DNA of 64,000 nt from Candidatus Rokuibacteriota bacterium (lineage in GTDB: Bacteria > Methylomirabilota > Methylomirabilia > Rokubacteriales > CSP1-6), in NCBI GenBank assembly GCA_005887895.1, contig VBPC01000157.1, positions 69,075 to 133,074 of the forward strand, written 5' to 3'. Shown here in pieces: positions 54,248 through 63,518 of the stretch (positions are counted from its first letter, which is position 1; the number at the start of each line of letters is the position of its first letter). The position numbers and the translations under genes were made by a program. The notes under the pieces are model-generated. The model did no database searches, was not told the origin of the DNA, and was given only the letters and a program-made list of their open reading frames with translations.

Positions 54248-55677
54248 CTAAGGCCGAATGCCCGTCCAGTCCCCCGCCTTCTCGAACGCCGAGGCGGCCC
54301 GGTAGATCGACACCTCGTCGAAGTGCTTCGCGGTCAGCATCATCCCCGCCGGCAGCCCGTCGCTGAGCCCGCACGGCACGCTCATCGAGGGATGGCCGGT
54401 CACGTCGATGGGCGCGGTGTTCGGCAGCATCTCGAACGCCCGCTGGATGATCTCCATGCGCGGCGCGTCCGGCTTGGGAATCGGGGTGGCCTTGAGCGGC
54501 AGCGTCGGCATCAGCAGCAGGTCGTAGTCCTTCAGCACCGCGTCGTAGGCGGCCCGCAGCACACGGCCGAGGTTCTGCGCCTTCGCGTAGTAGTGGCCGC
54601 GATACTTGTTGAGGGCGTACTGCCCGAACAGGATCGTCGTCTTGAGCGTATCGGAGAACTCGTCCGCGCGCTGGCGCCAGGCCGAGTGCGCGTCGATGAG
54701 GCTGGTGACGTACAACCCCTTCCAGTTGAAGCCGAAGCCGTTGCCGTTCATCATCTGCCACGTCGCGCCCTCGACCGCGATCGGTGTCCAGATGGCGGGG
54801 CCGACCAGATGCAGCGGGATCGACACCTCGTCGACCTGGGCGCCGAGCTGGCGGAAACGTCTCCGGTCAGGGCGTTCGTGTACGCTGCCGTCTTCACGTT
54901 GACCTGGCGCGGATCGAGACCGTCGGGCCCGGCCAGCACCTCCAGCAGCAGCGCGTTGTCGGCGACGGTCGCCGTCATCGGCCCGGTGTGATCGAGGGTG
55001 TTCTCGATGGGGAAGACGCCCGTGTAGGGGACGAGGCCGTGGGTGGGCTTCATGCCATAGACGCCGCAGTAGGCGGCCGGGATGCGGATCGATCCGCCCT
55101 GGTCGCCCCCGATGGCCATCTCGACGTCGCCGGCCACCACGACGGCGGCGCTCCCCGACGACGACCCGCCGGCCGAGTACCCCATCTTGCGCGGATTGTG
55201 CACGGGCCCGGCCGACCTGGTGTGGCTACCGCCCGAGAAGCAGAAGTACTCGCAGTGCACCTTGCCGAGGATCGTGCCCCCGGCGTCCAGGATTCGCGTG
55301 ACGATGGTGGCGTCGACGTCCGGCACGTAGCCCTCCAGCGACGAGGCCCCGTTCATCATCGGCACGCCGGCCAGGCAGACGTTGTCCTTGAGGGCGATCC
55401 GCTTGCCCTTCAGCTTGCCGGACGACGCGCCCTGCACCTCGCTCTTGTAGTACCAGGCGTTGTACTTGTTCTCGGCGCCCTGGGGGCGATAGCCGGGTGT
55501 GCGAGGATACTTGACCGGCGGCATCGGATCCGCCATGGCCTCGATGGCATGGTAGGCGGCGACGTTGCCGCCCATCGTGTCGAGAAAGAACCGGACGTCG
55601 TCGTCGGACAGGGTCAGGCCCAGTTGCCGGCCGACGGCCCTCAGCTCGTCTGGAGTCGGAAGCTTTGCGCTCGCCAT
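54248..55677 (-). pseudogene. amidase-signature amidase disrupted by an internal deletion and frameshift near 54856-54860
   Basis: The N-part (track ORF 54751-55677) carries GYSAGGSSSGSAAVVVAGDVEMAIGGDQGGSIRIPAAYCGVYGMKPTHG. The C-part (track ORF 54248-54826, other frame) carries ..FRQLGAQVDEVSIPLH..GHPSMSVPCG. The junction reads ..YTNALTGDV|FRQLGAQV.., and the usual ~35-40 aa (K)GLRIGV.. segment is missing. Confidence 0.7.
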
Positions 55678-55726
55678 GGGAGTCCTCCTTCGTGTTACGC
55701 GCGCTGCGCGTCGACCCGGGTCGCCA

Positions 55727-56971
55727 TCATGTCTTGACGTCGATGACGTACTGCTGGTTCTCGTTGGGGTTCTTCTTGAGGTCGCAGACGGCGGCGGTGT
55801 CGGCCGGCGGCTGCTGCGGATAGCTCTCCAGCACCTTGAACGCGCGGTTCTGGGCCTCGGCGATGTAGACGTCGAGGCTGCAGTGGTGCGTCTTGGGATC
55901 GATGGCCGTCTTGCCGGCGGGCCCGCTGAACGTGTGATTGGCCTCCAGCGCCTCGATCACCTTCATCCGGTCGACGCTGTTGGCCTTCTTCACGGCGGAC
56001 GCCCACAGGTGCAACCCGTGGTAGGACTGGATGGCCAGCGGCGTGACGTACTTGGTGGTGGTCCCGTACTTCGGGAGGAATTTCTTCAGGAACGCCTGGT
56101 TCGCCTCGGTGGTGATCTCCTGGTAGTAGCTCTGCGAGCCGATGTAGCCCTTGTGCTCCTCGGGCGTCGTCACCTGATGCTCGAGCCCGTTGCCGAAGGT
56201 GGTCGAGGCCACCGGCGTGCTCTTGTTCATGCCGGCCGCCGCCCACTGCCGGTAGAACGAGATGTGGTTGCCCCCCACCAGCGCCGACATGACGAAGTTC
56301 GGCTTGGCGGCCTGGATCTTGGTGATGGCAGGGCCGAAGTCGCTCACCTCGAGGGGGAAGTAATCGGTCTGGAGGACCTCGCCGCCGTGTTCCTGGGTGA
56401 ACTTCTTGACCCACTTGGCGGTGATCTGGCCGTAGTTGTAGTCGGCGGCGACCGTGTAGACCTTCTTGCCGAACCTCTTCAGCGTGAACGGGACCAGCTT
56501 GTCCACGTTCTGGGCCGGCGTGGAGCCGGTGCAGAAGCAGTTGCGGTCACAGACGCCGCCCTCGTACTGGGTGTTGTAGAAGTAGAGCGTGTTGAACCGC
56601 TTGAGCACCGGCCGGATGGCCTCGCGCGAGGCGGACGTGATCCCGGCGTGGACGACGGCCACGTGCTCCTTGGTGGCCGCCTCGGTGGCGAACTGCGTGT
56701 ACAGCTGGATGTTGGACTGGGCGTCGTAGCTGATGAGCTTGATCTGACGTCCCAGCAGTCCGCCGGCGCCGTTGATCTCTTCGACGGCGTAGCTGAGGCA
56801 GTCGACCATCGGCCGTCCGTAGATGTCGAGCCCGCCCGAGAGGTCGTGGATCGCCGCCACCTTGATGACGTTGGCCTGCGCGAACGCATCGCGAACGATG
56901 GTCGGCGCGAGCGACACTGCGCCGAGAGTTGCACCGGTTGCCTTGAGGAATCCTCGACGGTCGACCCGCAT
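55727..56971 (-). CDS. ABC transporter substrate-binding protein (LivJ/AmiC/UrtA-like, amide/urea/branched-chain type), TAT-exported
   Basis: Twin-arginine signal RRGFLKATGATLGAVSLAP. The periplasmic binding-protein type I pattern is present (KVAAIHDLSGGLDIYG.., INGAGGLLGRQIKLISYD). Confidence 0.85.
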   Translation of the reverse strand: MRVDRRGFLKATGATLGAVSLAPTIVRDAFAQANVIKVAAIHDLSGGLDIYGRPMVDCLSYAVEEINGAGGLLGRQIKLISYDAQSNIQLYTQFATEAATKEHVAVVHAGITSASREAIRPVLKRFNTLYFYNTQYEGGVCDRNCFCTGSTPAQNVDKLVPFTLKRFGKKVYTVAADYNYGQITAKWVKKFTQEHGGEVLQTDYFPLEVSDFGPAITKIQAAKPNFVMSALVGGNHISFYRQWAAAGMNKSTPVASTTFGNGLEHQVTTPEEHKGYIGSQSYYQEITTEANQAFLKKFLPKYGTTTKYVTPLAIQSYHGLHLWASAVKKANSVDRMKVIEALEANHTFSGPAGKTAIDPKTHHCSLDVYIAEAQNRAFKVLESYPQQPPADTAAVCDLKKNPNENQQYVIDVKT

Positions 56972-57043
56972 CAGTACCTCCGGGCAAGGGGTTGTGAGTT
57001 CGCACGCTCCCCGCGAGGGCCCGAGTCTACCACGGCCGTTGCC

Positions 57044-57072
57044 TTGCCTGTCTCGCGCCCCGGGTCTATAGT
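57044..57072 (+). promoter_or_regulatory. sigma-70-like promoter of the liv/urt-like operon, near-leaderless
   Basis: TTGCCT-N17-TATAGT; the -10 box ends 9 nt before the ATG at 57082, and no RBS is present. Confidence 0.5.
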
Positions 57073-57081
57073 GCGCGCGCG

Positions 57082-57948
57082 ATGGACCTCGCGGCCGTTC
57101 TGACGTTCGAGATCTTGAACGGCGTCGCCACCCTCGTGCTCATCAGCGTCGGGCTCGCCATCATCTTCGGGATGATGCGCGTCATCAACCTGGCCCACGG
57201 CGAGTTCCTCATGCTCGGCGGGTATGCCGCCATCGTGGCCACCAACCACGGCGTCAACATCTGGGTGGCGATGGTGGTGGTGGCGCCGCTCGTCGTCGGC
57301 GTCGTCGGCGTGATCGCCGAGCGGTTGATCATTCGCGTCCTCTATGGCCGCATGATCGACACACTGCTCGCGACCTGGGGCCTGAGCCTGTTCTTCATCG
57401 GCATCGTCACGACGATCTTCGGCAACACCGTGGCGGGCATCGGCGCTCCGCTCGGGAGCCTCGGCGTTGGCCGGTACAGCATCAGCCTCTATCGCCTCGT
57501 CCTCATCGGCATCGCGGCCGCGATCCTCGCGGTCATCTTCGTGGCGCTGCGGCAGACGCGGCTGGGCCTCATTGCGCGGGGCACGATGGAGAACCCGAAC
57601 ATGGCGGCCGCGCTCGGGGTGAGCCCGCCCCGGGTCTACGCGACCACGTTCGGCGTCGGCGCCGCGCTCACCGGCCTGGCCGGCGGCCTGCTCGCGCCGA
57701 TCTCCGGCGTGCTCCCCACGGTGGGCGCGGCCTACGTGGCCAAGGCGTTCATCACCGTCATCAGCGGGGGCACGGCCATCCTGGCGGGGACGGCGGCGGC
57801 GTCCAGCCTCTTCGGCTCCGTCAATCAGCTTCTCACCTACTTCACGACACCGGTCATCGGCGAGGCGGGTCTGCTGGCCGCGGCCATCCTGCTGCTGCGG
57901 GTGTTGCCCCATGGCATCACCGGCAAGCTCTTCAAAGGGAGCCTGTGA
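57082..57948 (+). CDS. branched-chain amino acid/urea-type ABC transporter permease (LivH/UrtB-like)
   Basis: Multi-TM protein with a typical N-terminus ..ILNGVATLVLISVGLAIIFGMMRVINLAHGEF.. A promoter-like TTGCCT-N17-TATAGT ends 9 nt before the ATG. Confidence 0.85.
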   Translation: MDLAAVLTFEILNGVATLVLISVGLAIIFGMMRVINLAHGEFLMLGGYAAIVATNHGVNIWVAMVVVAPLVVGVVGVIAERLIIRVLYGRMIDTLLATWGLSLFFIGIVTTIFGNTVAGIGAPLGSLGVGRYSISLYRLVLIGIAAAILAVIFVALRQTRLGLIARGTMENPNMAAALGVSPPRVYATTFGVGAALTGLAGGLLAPISGVLPTVGAAYVAKAFITVISGGTAILAGTAAASSLFGSVNQLLTYFTTPVIGEAGLLAAAILLLRVLPHGITGKLFKGSL

Positions 57949-58955
57949 GGCGCCGGCGATGGACGTCCGGCACCGTCCTGACGACGGTGGCGATGGTCGT
58001 GATCGCGCTCGGCGTTCCGCAGGTCGTCGATCAGTTCGGGCTGCTCCAGCTGACCATCTTCGCGGCCATGTGCATCCTCGCGCTGAGCCTGGGCTTCGTG
58101 TGGGGATACGGCGGCATCCTCTGTTTCGGCCAGTCGGCCTTCTTCGGACTGGGCGCCTACGCGTACGCGGTGACCGCCGTCGACCTCGGCGAGAGCACCG
58201 CCGCCGCGATCCTCGCGGTGCTGGTGCCGGCCGTGTTCGCGGCCCTGCTCGGGTACTTCATGTTCTACGGGCGCCTGAGCGACGTCTATCTCGGCGTCAT
58301 CACCCTGAGCGTGACGCTCATCTTCTTCAATCTCATGAACAGCACGGCCGGAGACGCCTACCGGGTCGGCAAGGCGCGGCTCAACGGGTTCAACGGCATG
58401 CCGTCGCTGCCCACGCTGAACGTGCCCGGAGATCCCGCCCGTCTGCTCGATCCCACCGAGACGTTCTATCTGGTCATGGCGTTTCTGGTGATCGTGTACG
58501 TGGGCCTGCACGTGCTGCTGGCCAGCCACTTCGGCCGCGTGGTGGTGGCCATCCGGGAGAACGAGGCGCGCTGCGAGCTGCTCGGCTACGACGTGCGGCT
58601 GCACAAGCTCCTGGTGTTCACGATCGGCGGTGGCATCGCCGGCCTCGCCGGCTGCCTGTTCGCCAACTGGGGCGCCTTCGTGAGCCCCAACGTGTTCAGC
58701 CTGACCATGACGTCGCAGATCATCATCTGGGTCATCGTCGGCGGCCTCGGCACGCTCGTCGGCCCCATCATCGGCTGCCTGATCATGCAATACCTCGCCA
58801 CGACGCTCGGCACCCAGCAGCTGGCGAACACCAACCTGATCTTCGGCATCATCTTCCTGGCCTTCGTGCTGCTGGTGCCGCGGGGCATCGTGCCCTCGCT
58901 CCGCGCGCTCGGCGCCCGCGCGCCGGGTCCCTCGCGGGTCCACGACCCGGCATGA
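57945..58955 (+). CDS. ABC transporter permease (LivM/UrtC-like)
   Basis: The GTG start overlaps the upstream stop (GTGA). Multi-TM protein containing GYGGILCFGQSAFFGLGAY. Confidence 0.85.
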   Translation: MRRRRWTSGTVLTTVAMVVIALGVPQVVDQFGLLQLTIFAAMCILALSLGFVWGYGGILCFGQSAFFGLGAYAYAVTAVDLGESTAAAILAVLVPAVFAALLGYFMFYGRLSDVYLGVITLSVTLIFFNLMNSTAGDAYRVGKARLNGFNGMPSLPTLNVPGDPARLLDPTETFYLVMAFLVIVYVGLHVLLASHFGRVVVAIRENEARCELLGYDVRLHKLLVFTIGGGIAGLAGCLFANWGAFVSPNVFSLTMTSQIIIWVIVGGLGTLVGPIIGCLIMQYLATTLGTQQLANTNLIFGIIFLAFVLLVPRGIVPSLRALGARAPGPSRVHDPA

Positions 58956-59674
58956 GTGACGCCGTCCTGCAGACGCTCGGGCTCTCGATCCGCTTCGGGG
59001 GCGTCGAGGCCGTCCGCGGCGTCGATTTCACGCTGGCCGAGCGCGAGCTGCGCTGTCTCATCGGGCCCAACGGGGCCGGCAAGAGCACGCTGTTCAAGCT
59101 GCTCACCGGGCAGCTCAAGCCGACGGCCGGGCGCATCGTGTTCCGGGGGCACGACATCACCGGTCATCACACCCACGCCATCGCGCGGCGAGGCATCGGC
59201 ATCAAGACGCAGGTGCCGAGCCTCTTCGATGGCCTGACGGTCCGCGAGCACCTCTGGCTGGCGGCCCGTCGCACGAACCCGGCCGAGCGCGCCCGCGCGA
59301 TCACCGAGGAGATCCTGGAGCGGATCGGCCTCGCGTCGCTGGCGAACGGAGCGGTCGGTCGGCTCTCGCACGGGCTCCGGCAGTGGGTCGAGCTCGGCAC
59401 CGTGCTGGCCGGCAACCCCGAGCTGATCCTGCTCGACGAGCCGGCGGCGGGCATGACGCACGACGAGGTGGCGCGCACCGCCGAGCTCGTCCGCGAGATC
59501 AACCGCACCCACGCCCTCATCGTGGTGGAGCACGACATGCAGTTCGTCCGGATGATCGCCCGCACGGTCACCGTCATGCACCAGGGCGCCGTGCTGGTCG
59601 AGGACACGATGGATCAGATCATGAAGAACGCCACCGTGCGCGACATCTATCTCGGCAAGCACGGCGGGTCCTGA
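58952..59674 (+). CDS. ABC transporter ATP-binding protein (LivG/UrtD-like)
   Basis: ATGA overlap with the upstream gene. Walker A GPNGAGKST, LivG-type signature region, and Walker B LILLDEPAAGM. Confidence 0.85.
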   Translation: MSDAVLQTLGLSIRFGGVEAVRGVDFTLAERELRCLIGPNGAGKSTLFKLLTGQLKPTAGRIVFRGHDITGHHTHAIARRGIGIKTQVPSLFDGLTVREHLWLAARRTNPAERARAITEEILERIGLASLANGAVGRLSHGLRQWVELGTVLAGNPELILLDEPAAGMTHDEVARTAELVREINRTHALIVVEHDMQFVRMIARTVTVMHQGAVLVEDTMDQIMKNATVRDIYLGKHGGS

Positions 59675-59680
59675 CTGCAC

Positions 59681-60382
59681 GTGCTGAGCGTCACCGATCT
59701 CCACGCTCGCTACGGACGGATCCCGATCCTCAACGGTATCTGCCTCGAGGTCGCCGCCGGCGAGTTCGTCGGCGTCCTCGGCCACAACGGCATGGGGAAG
59801 ACGACACTGCTCAAGACCCTGATGGGCTTCGTCCCCGTCCAGCGCGGTCGCATCCTCTTCGACGGCGCCGACGTCACCCACGAGGCTGCGTACGTCCGGG
59901 CCCGCCGCGGCCTCGGCTACGTGCCGCAGGGACGCGAGATCTTCCCCGGACTCAGCGTCCGGGACAATCTGCGGATGGGATTCGTCGGCCGCGGCGCCGA
60001 GGAGCGCGTGGACGCGATCGTGCAGACGTTTCCGCGCCTGGTGCCTCTCCTCAACCGGCGCGGCGGCGCCCTGAGCGGCGGCGAGCAGCAGCTCCTGGCC
60101 ATCGCCCGCTGCCTGGCCGGCAATCCCCGGCTGATCCTCTTCGACGAGCCCACCGAGGGCATCCAGCCCTCGATCATCGAAGAGCTGGTCGCCGTCCTCC
60201 AGACGCTTCACCGCAAGCAGGCGCTGACCATCGTCCTCGTCGAGCAAAATCTCGAGTTCATCGCGGAGCTCGCCACGCGCGTGCTGCTCATCCAGAAGGG
60301 CGCGATCCTGCGCGAGCTGCAACCCGGCGAGCTCCGGCAGGCGGGCGTCCTCAGCGAGTTCATCGGCGTCGACCGCGCCTGA
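59681..60382 (+). CDS. ABC transporter ATP-binding protein (LivF/UrtE-like)
   Basis: GTG start. Walker A GHNGMGKTT, signature LSGGEQQLLAIAR and Walker B LILFDEPTEGI. Confidence 0.85.
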   Translation: MLSVTDLHARYGRIPILNGICLEVAAGEFVGVLGHNGMGKTTLLKTLMGFVPVQRGRILFDGADVTHEAAYVRARRGLGYVPQGREIFPGLSVRDNLRMGFVGRGAEERVDAIVQTFPRLVPLLNRRGGALSGGEQQLLAIARCLAGNPRLILFDEPTEGIQPSIIEELVAVLQTLHRKQALTIVLVEQNLEFIAELATRVLLIQKGAILRELQPGELRQAGVLSEFIGVDRA

Positions 60383-60399
60383 CCGGTGGCCCGCCGGTC
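60381..60399 (+). terminator. possible hairpin terminator after the livF-like gene
   Basis: GACCGG-tggcccg-CCGGTC starts within the stop codon. It has no U-tract, which is common in high-GC genomes. Confidence 0.3.
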
Positions 60400-60430
60400 G
60401 GCTCCCCGCCGGGCGCTTCGCCCGCCACCG

Positions 60431-61720
60431 CTACGGCAAGGGCACACCGGCCGCGGCCGACAGGATCGCTTCGTCGAACGCGCTCTCCGACGCTGCGGTG
60501 GTCGTCGCGTAGCTCGCCGTCGAGTCGGGCAAGGCTGCCGCCAGGCCGACCGTGACATCGCCAGTCATCGGCTTGACGCCGTTCTCGGCCCAATTCACGA
60601 GCTGGGAGAGCGTGAACGCCACTTCCGCCGGGGTCACATTGCAGTGCCCATAGCGCTGCACGGACTGCTGGGCGAGCCATCTCGAGGTCCGAGCGGCGGC
60701 GACGATCTTCGCGTAGGCCGCCTCGTGGAAGAACGGCACGTCGGGATCCATCGTGGTGTGCAGGGTCAGGAGTGGAATCGCCAGGCTGCCGCGGGTCTGG
60801 TAGTAGCTGTTGAGGTAGGCGATGCCCCCGGCCTGGGCAGCAAACCGGCCGACCCCGGCATTCAGGAATGGATCGGGCACGCCGAGCCTCGTGTACGAGA
60901 GGCCCAGGTTGCCGAACGGCGATTGGCCGCCGCTGCGCGCCAGGAGATCGTTGGTCCCGCGGATGTTGTAGCCGATCGCCCGCACGATCGACAGCAGGAG
61001 CTGACTCGGGGTCGTGTAGGGCACCTTGACCTGATCCACGGCGGCGAGCGCCACCGCCCGCTGCGGGTTGGCGAGGATGGCCGCCACGATCGCCTTGACG
61101 ATCGGACTGCTGGCCGAATACTCCATGTCGGGAACGTGGAGGACGTCGCCCGGGATCACGCCCGGATAGTAGTCATCGAAGAGCACGCGGACGTTACCGA
61201 TGTAGTCCGTCTCGGTGCGTCCACCCCCGAGCGGTCCGCACAACGAGAGCGCGCCCTGATAGGCACTGGGAAAGTTCTCGGCGAGGTCGACGGTGATGAG
61301 CGCGCCCAGAGACCGGCCCATGACGTAGACCTGGGTCGGCGGCCCGAACGACTGAATGAACAGATCACGGAGCTCGTGCGTGCGCGCCGCGCCGTCCTGC
61401 ACGGCCCATCCGTTCTGGGCATAGCTCGAGTACGCCACGGCGTAGCCCTGGCTCAGGAGTGTCTCCCTGAGCTGCACGACCCAGGGCGCCACGTCGGCGG
61501 GTGCGACGTCGGGCAGCGCGATCGGCGCCGCCGGGTCGATGAATCCATGCGCGTAGACGATGAGCCGCCCGTTCCACACCGCCGGCAGGAACATCGCGTA
61601 CTGAGCGCCGTTGCTCACTCCGTGCTGCGTGACAACCGCGAATGACGAGTCGGCCGCCTGGACCGGCACGGCCGCGAGCAGCGTCAGCGTCATCAGAGCC
61701 ATCACGAGGTTTCGCATCAC
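60431..61720 (-). CDS. secreted alpha/beta-fold hydrolase-like protein, unknown specificity
   Basis: GAGGAG RBS and a signal peptide (MRNLVMALMTLTLLAAVPVQAAD). A nucleophile-elbow-like GRSLG lies in YVMGRSLGALI. I recognised no precise family. Confidence 0.6.
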   Translation of the reverse strand: MMRNLVMALMTLTLLAAVPVQAADSSFAVVTQHGVSNGAQYAMFLPAVWNGRLIVYAHGFIDPAAPIALPDVAPADVAPWVVQLRETLLSQGYAVAYSSYAQNGWAVQDGAARTHELRDLFIQSFGPPTQVYVMGRSLGALITVDLAENFPSAYQGALSLCGPLGGGRTETDYIGNVRVLFDDYYPGVIPGDVLHVPDMEYSASSPIVKAIVAAILANPQRAVALAAVDQVKVPYTTPSQLLLSIVRAIGYNIRGTNDLLARSGGQSPFGNLGLSYTRLGVPDPFLNAGVGRFAAQAGGIAYLNSYYQTRGSLAIPLLTLHTTMDPDVPFFHEAAYAKIVAAARTSRWLAQQSVQRYGHCNVTPAEVAFTLSQLVNWAENGVKPMTGDVTVGLAAALPDSTASYATTTAASESAFDEAILSAAAGVPLP

Positions 61721-61912
61721 GGTTGGGGCTCCTCTCGAGATCGGTGGTCGCTTACACCCAGATGTTGTGCCACTGGCGAGCGGGCCACCACAATCGGACC
61801 AAGGTCGTCCGACTTTCGTCCCGGTCGTGACGCGGCGCGCCGGGCGAATCTCCCGGGGCCTTTGTCAGCGGTGCCAAAAAATGCGAGAGTTGAGCTCAGG
61901 CAACGGGCCCGG

Positions 61913-62287
61913 ATGAAGCGTCTTCTCTTCGTCGACGACGACCTGGACATGCTCGCCCTTCTGCGCGAGCACTTCGACGAGCGCTACGAGGTCGTCACCG
62001 CGCGCGACGGCTCCGCCGCCGTGGAGCGCTTTGCTCGCCAGCGCCCGGATGCGGTGTTCCTCGACATCGGCCTGCCCGGCCTCAGCGGCGTCGAGGTCCT
62101 GAAGCGCCTCCGGGAGGCCGACCCGAGCGTGCCGGTCATCATGCTCACGGCCAACGCGGAGACCCTCATTGCCGAGGACTGTCTGAAGCGCGGGGCGTTC
62201 GGCTGGGTCCCAAAGCCATTCGATCTCGTCTACCTAGACCACATGGCGGCCGCCGCGGTCGATCAGAATCCGCAGCAGCCACACTGA
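61913..62287 (+). CDS. single-domain response regulator (REC)
   Basis: Sequence KRLLFVDDD..DAVFLDIGLPGLSG..VIMLTA..VPKPF. An alternative TTG start lies at 61862. Confidence 0.75.
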   Translation: MKRLLFVDDDLDMLALLREHFDERYEVVTARDGSAAVERFARQRPDAVFLDIGLPGLSGVEVLKRLREADPSVPVIMLTANAETLIAEDCLKRGAFGWVPKPFDLVYLDHMAAAAVDQNPQQPH

Positions 62288-62559
62288 ACGAGGACGACGA
62301 CGCTCACGGTCCACGCTGCCGGCTGCGGCTCGTCGGCGGGCGTACCGTCGAGAAACCGACCGAACCCCCACCCTCCCGTCGAGGCGTACTTCTTCGCGTC
62401 CTCGACCATCTTCGCGAGCATCGCTCCATCCGGAAAGGGCAGCGTCCCCTCGCGGTACGCAGAGGGCGCAATCAGCTCCCACCGCCGGTATCCATCGGGG
62501 ATGGTGACACCGAAGATGGGTGAATGCTGGCTGCCGGCGCGTTCCGGCGCGGCGGCCAA
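62263..62559 (-). pseudogene. possible cytochrome P460-family remnant
   Basis: Short stretches recall the P460 family (IPDGYRRWELIA, PFPDGAMLAKM, DAKKYASTGGWGFGRF). It has no signal peptide, shows internal gaps and lacks a CxxCH haem motif. It overlaps the REC gene 3' end by 25 nt. Confidence 0.35.
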
Positions 62560-62574
62560 GGGGGCGGCCCCGGG

Positions 62575-62886
62575 CTAACTCATTCGTCGCCGCCGGCGGG
62601 CTTCACTGATCGGGATGACCCGGCCAGCGGCGGGCATCGCGCGTTTCTTCACGAGGCTGGCTGGTCTTTCCGCCTGCCCGCATACCTCGAACAGCATGCT
62701 CTCGACGAACCGGGCGACGGGCATGCCGGCATCCTGCGCGCATTGTTCAGCCATGCGGACCGCCTCTCCGTTGAGCCAGAGCGGGCGCAGTCCTCTGCGT
62801 GGCTGGGCGGCTGGGCGTGACTCTCTTGGACGCCGCGGTTTGCGACGGATGACGGGGGACGGCGACTTCGGATCTGAGTGTTCCAT
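62575..62886 (-). CDS. hypothetical basic protein, possibly ribbon-helix-helix-like
   Basis: 103-aa ORF starting MEHSDPKS. The segment LRPLWLNGEAVRMAEQCAQDAGMPVARFVESMLFE resembles an RHH strand plus helices. GC3 is lower than in neighbouring genes, so coding status is uncertain. Confidence 0.3.
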   Translation of the reverse strand: MEHSDPKSPSPVIRRKPRRPRESRPAAQPRRGLRPLWLNGEAVRMAEQCAQDAGMPVARFVESMLFEVCGQAERPASLVKKRAMPAAGRVIPISEARRRRRMS

Positions 62887-63012
62887 GAGGTGCCTTCGGT
62901 TGCGGCAAAGCGACCCACGCCACATTCATCCGGGCCTCGGCGCCACACGCGCCAACCTTCAGGCCGAGGTGCAGGCAGCCTCTGAAGCTATCAGCGGATT
63001 CCTCGCACGGCT

Positions 63013-63038
63013 GGTCAAAACAAGACAGCGGTCAAAAC
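63013..63038. repeat. direct repeat GGTCAAAAC-N8-GGTCAAAAC in a lower-GC intergenic region
   Basis: The two copies lie at 63013-63021 and 63030-63038, between the divergent small ORFs at 62886 (-) and 63258 (+). Confidence 0.5.
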
Positions 63039-63257
63039 GAAACATTGCAGGCGCAGCGTCCCATTTGCTGGTAGCTTGTAGCCGCCTTCCACCGGGCTCC
63101 CCGAACGACGCATCCGGGCGCTGGACCCCCTGGCATCTGGCTTTGAACCCTCGGTTCCCTGCCTCACGGTGTGCACGTGCGGCCGACGGAGATGCCAGAT
63201 GAATGAGCCCAGCCTTCGCGAGAACGCCCGCGCCGCCACGTCGGAACTGGAGCCGCA

Positions 63258-63518
63258 ATGAGGCTGGGGAACGCCTTGCCGCGGTCATCGCCATCGCTGC
63301 CCCAACTCATCGCCGACAAGGTCGCGCGCGGCATTTTGCCGTCAGACAAGTCGCTCACGCTGTGGGCCGGACACGGCAGCGGACGCCCGTGTGACGCGTG
63401 CGACAAGCCAGTCGCCACGACGGAATTCGAGTACGACCTTGATCTGGGCGGTGGTCTGATCCTCCGCTTCCATGGCGCCTGCGCGGGCTTCTGGCAGTCG
63501 ACAACGCGGAACGACTGA
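63258..63518 (+). CDS. small Cys/His-rich hypothetical protein (CxxC...HxxC)
   Basis: GGAG RBS and GC3-rich codons. Zinc-ribbon-like motif: CDACDKPV-x21-FHGAC. The stop overlaps the next ATG (TGATG). Confidence 0.45.
   Translation: MRLGNALPRSSPSLPQLIADKVARGILPSDKSLTLWAGHGSGRPCDACDKPVATTEFEYDLDLGGGLILRFHGACAGFWQSTTRND

Noticed and set aside
63130-63146. Sigma-54-like TGGCATCTGGCTTTGA. Similar near-matches lie at about 61870-61885 (GGTGCCAAAAAATGC) and on the minus strand at 52684-52700 (TTGGCACCGCGCCATGC).
   Set aside because: In all three the GG-to-GC spacing is off by one. The first also lacks the C of the -12 GC dinucleotide.
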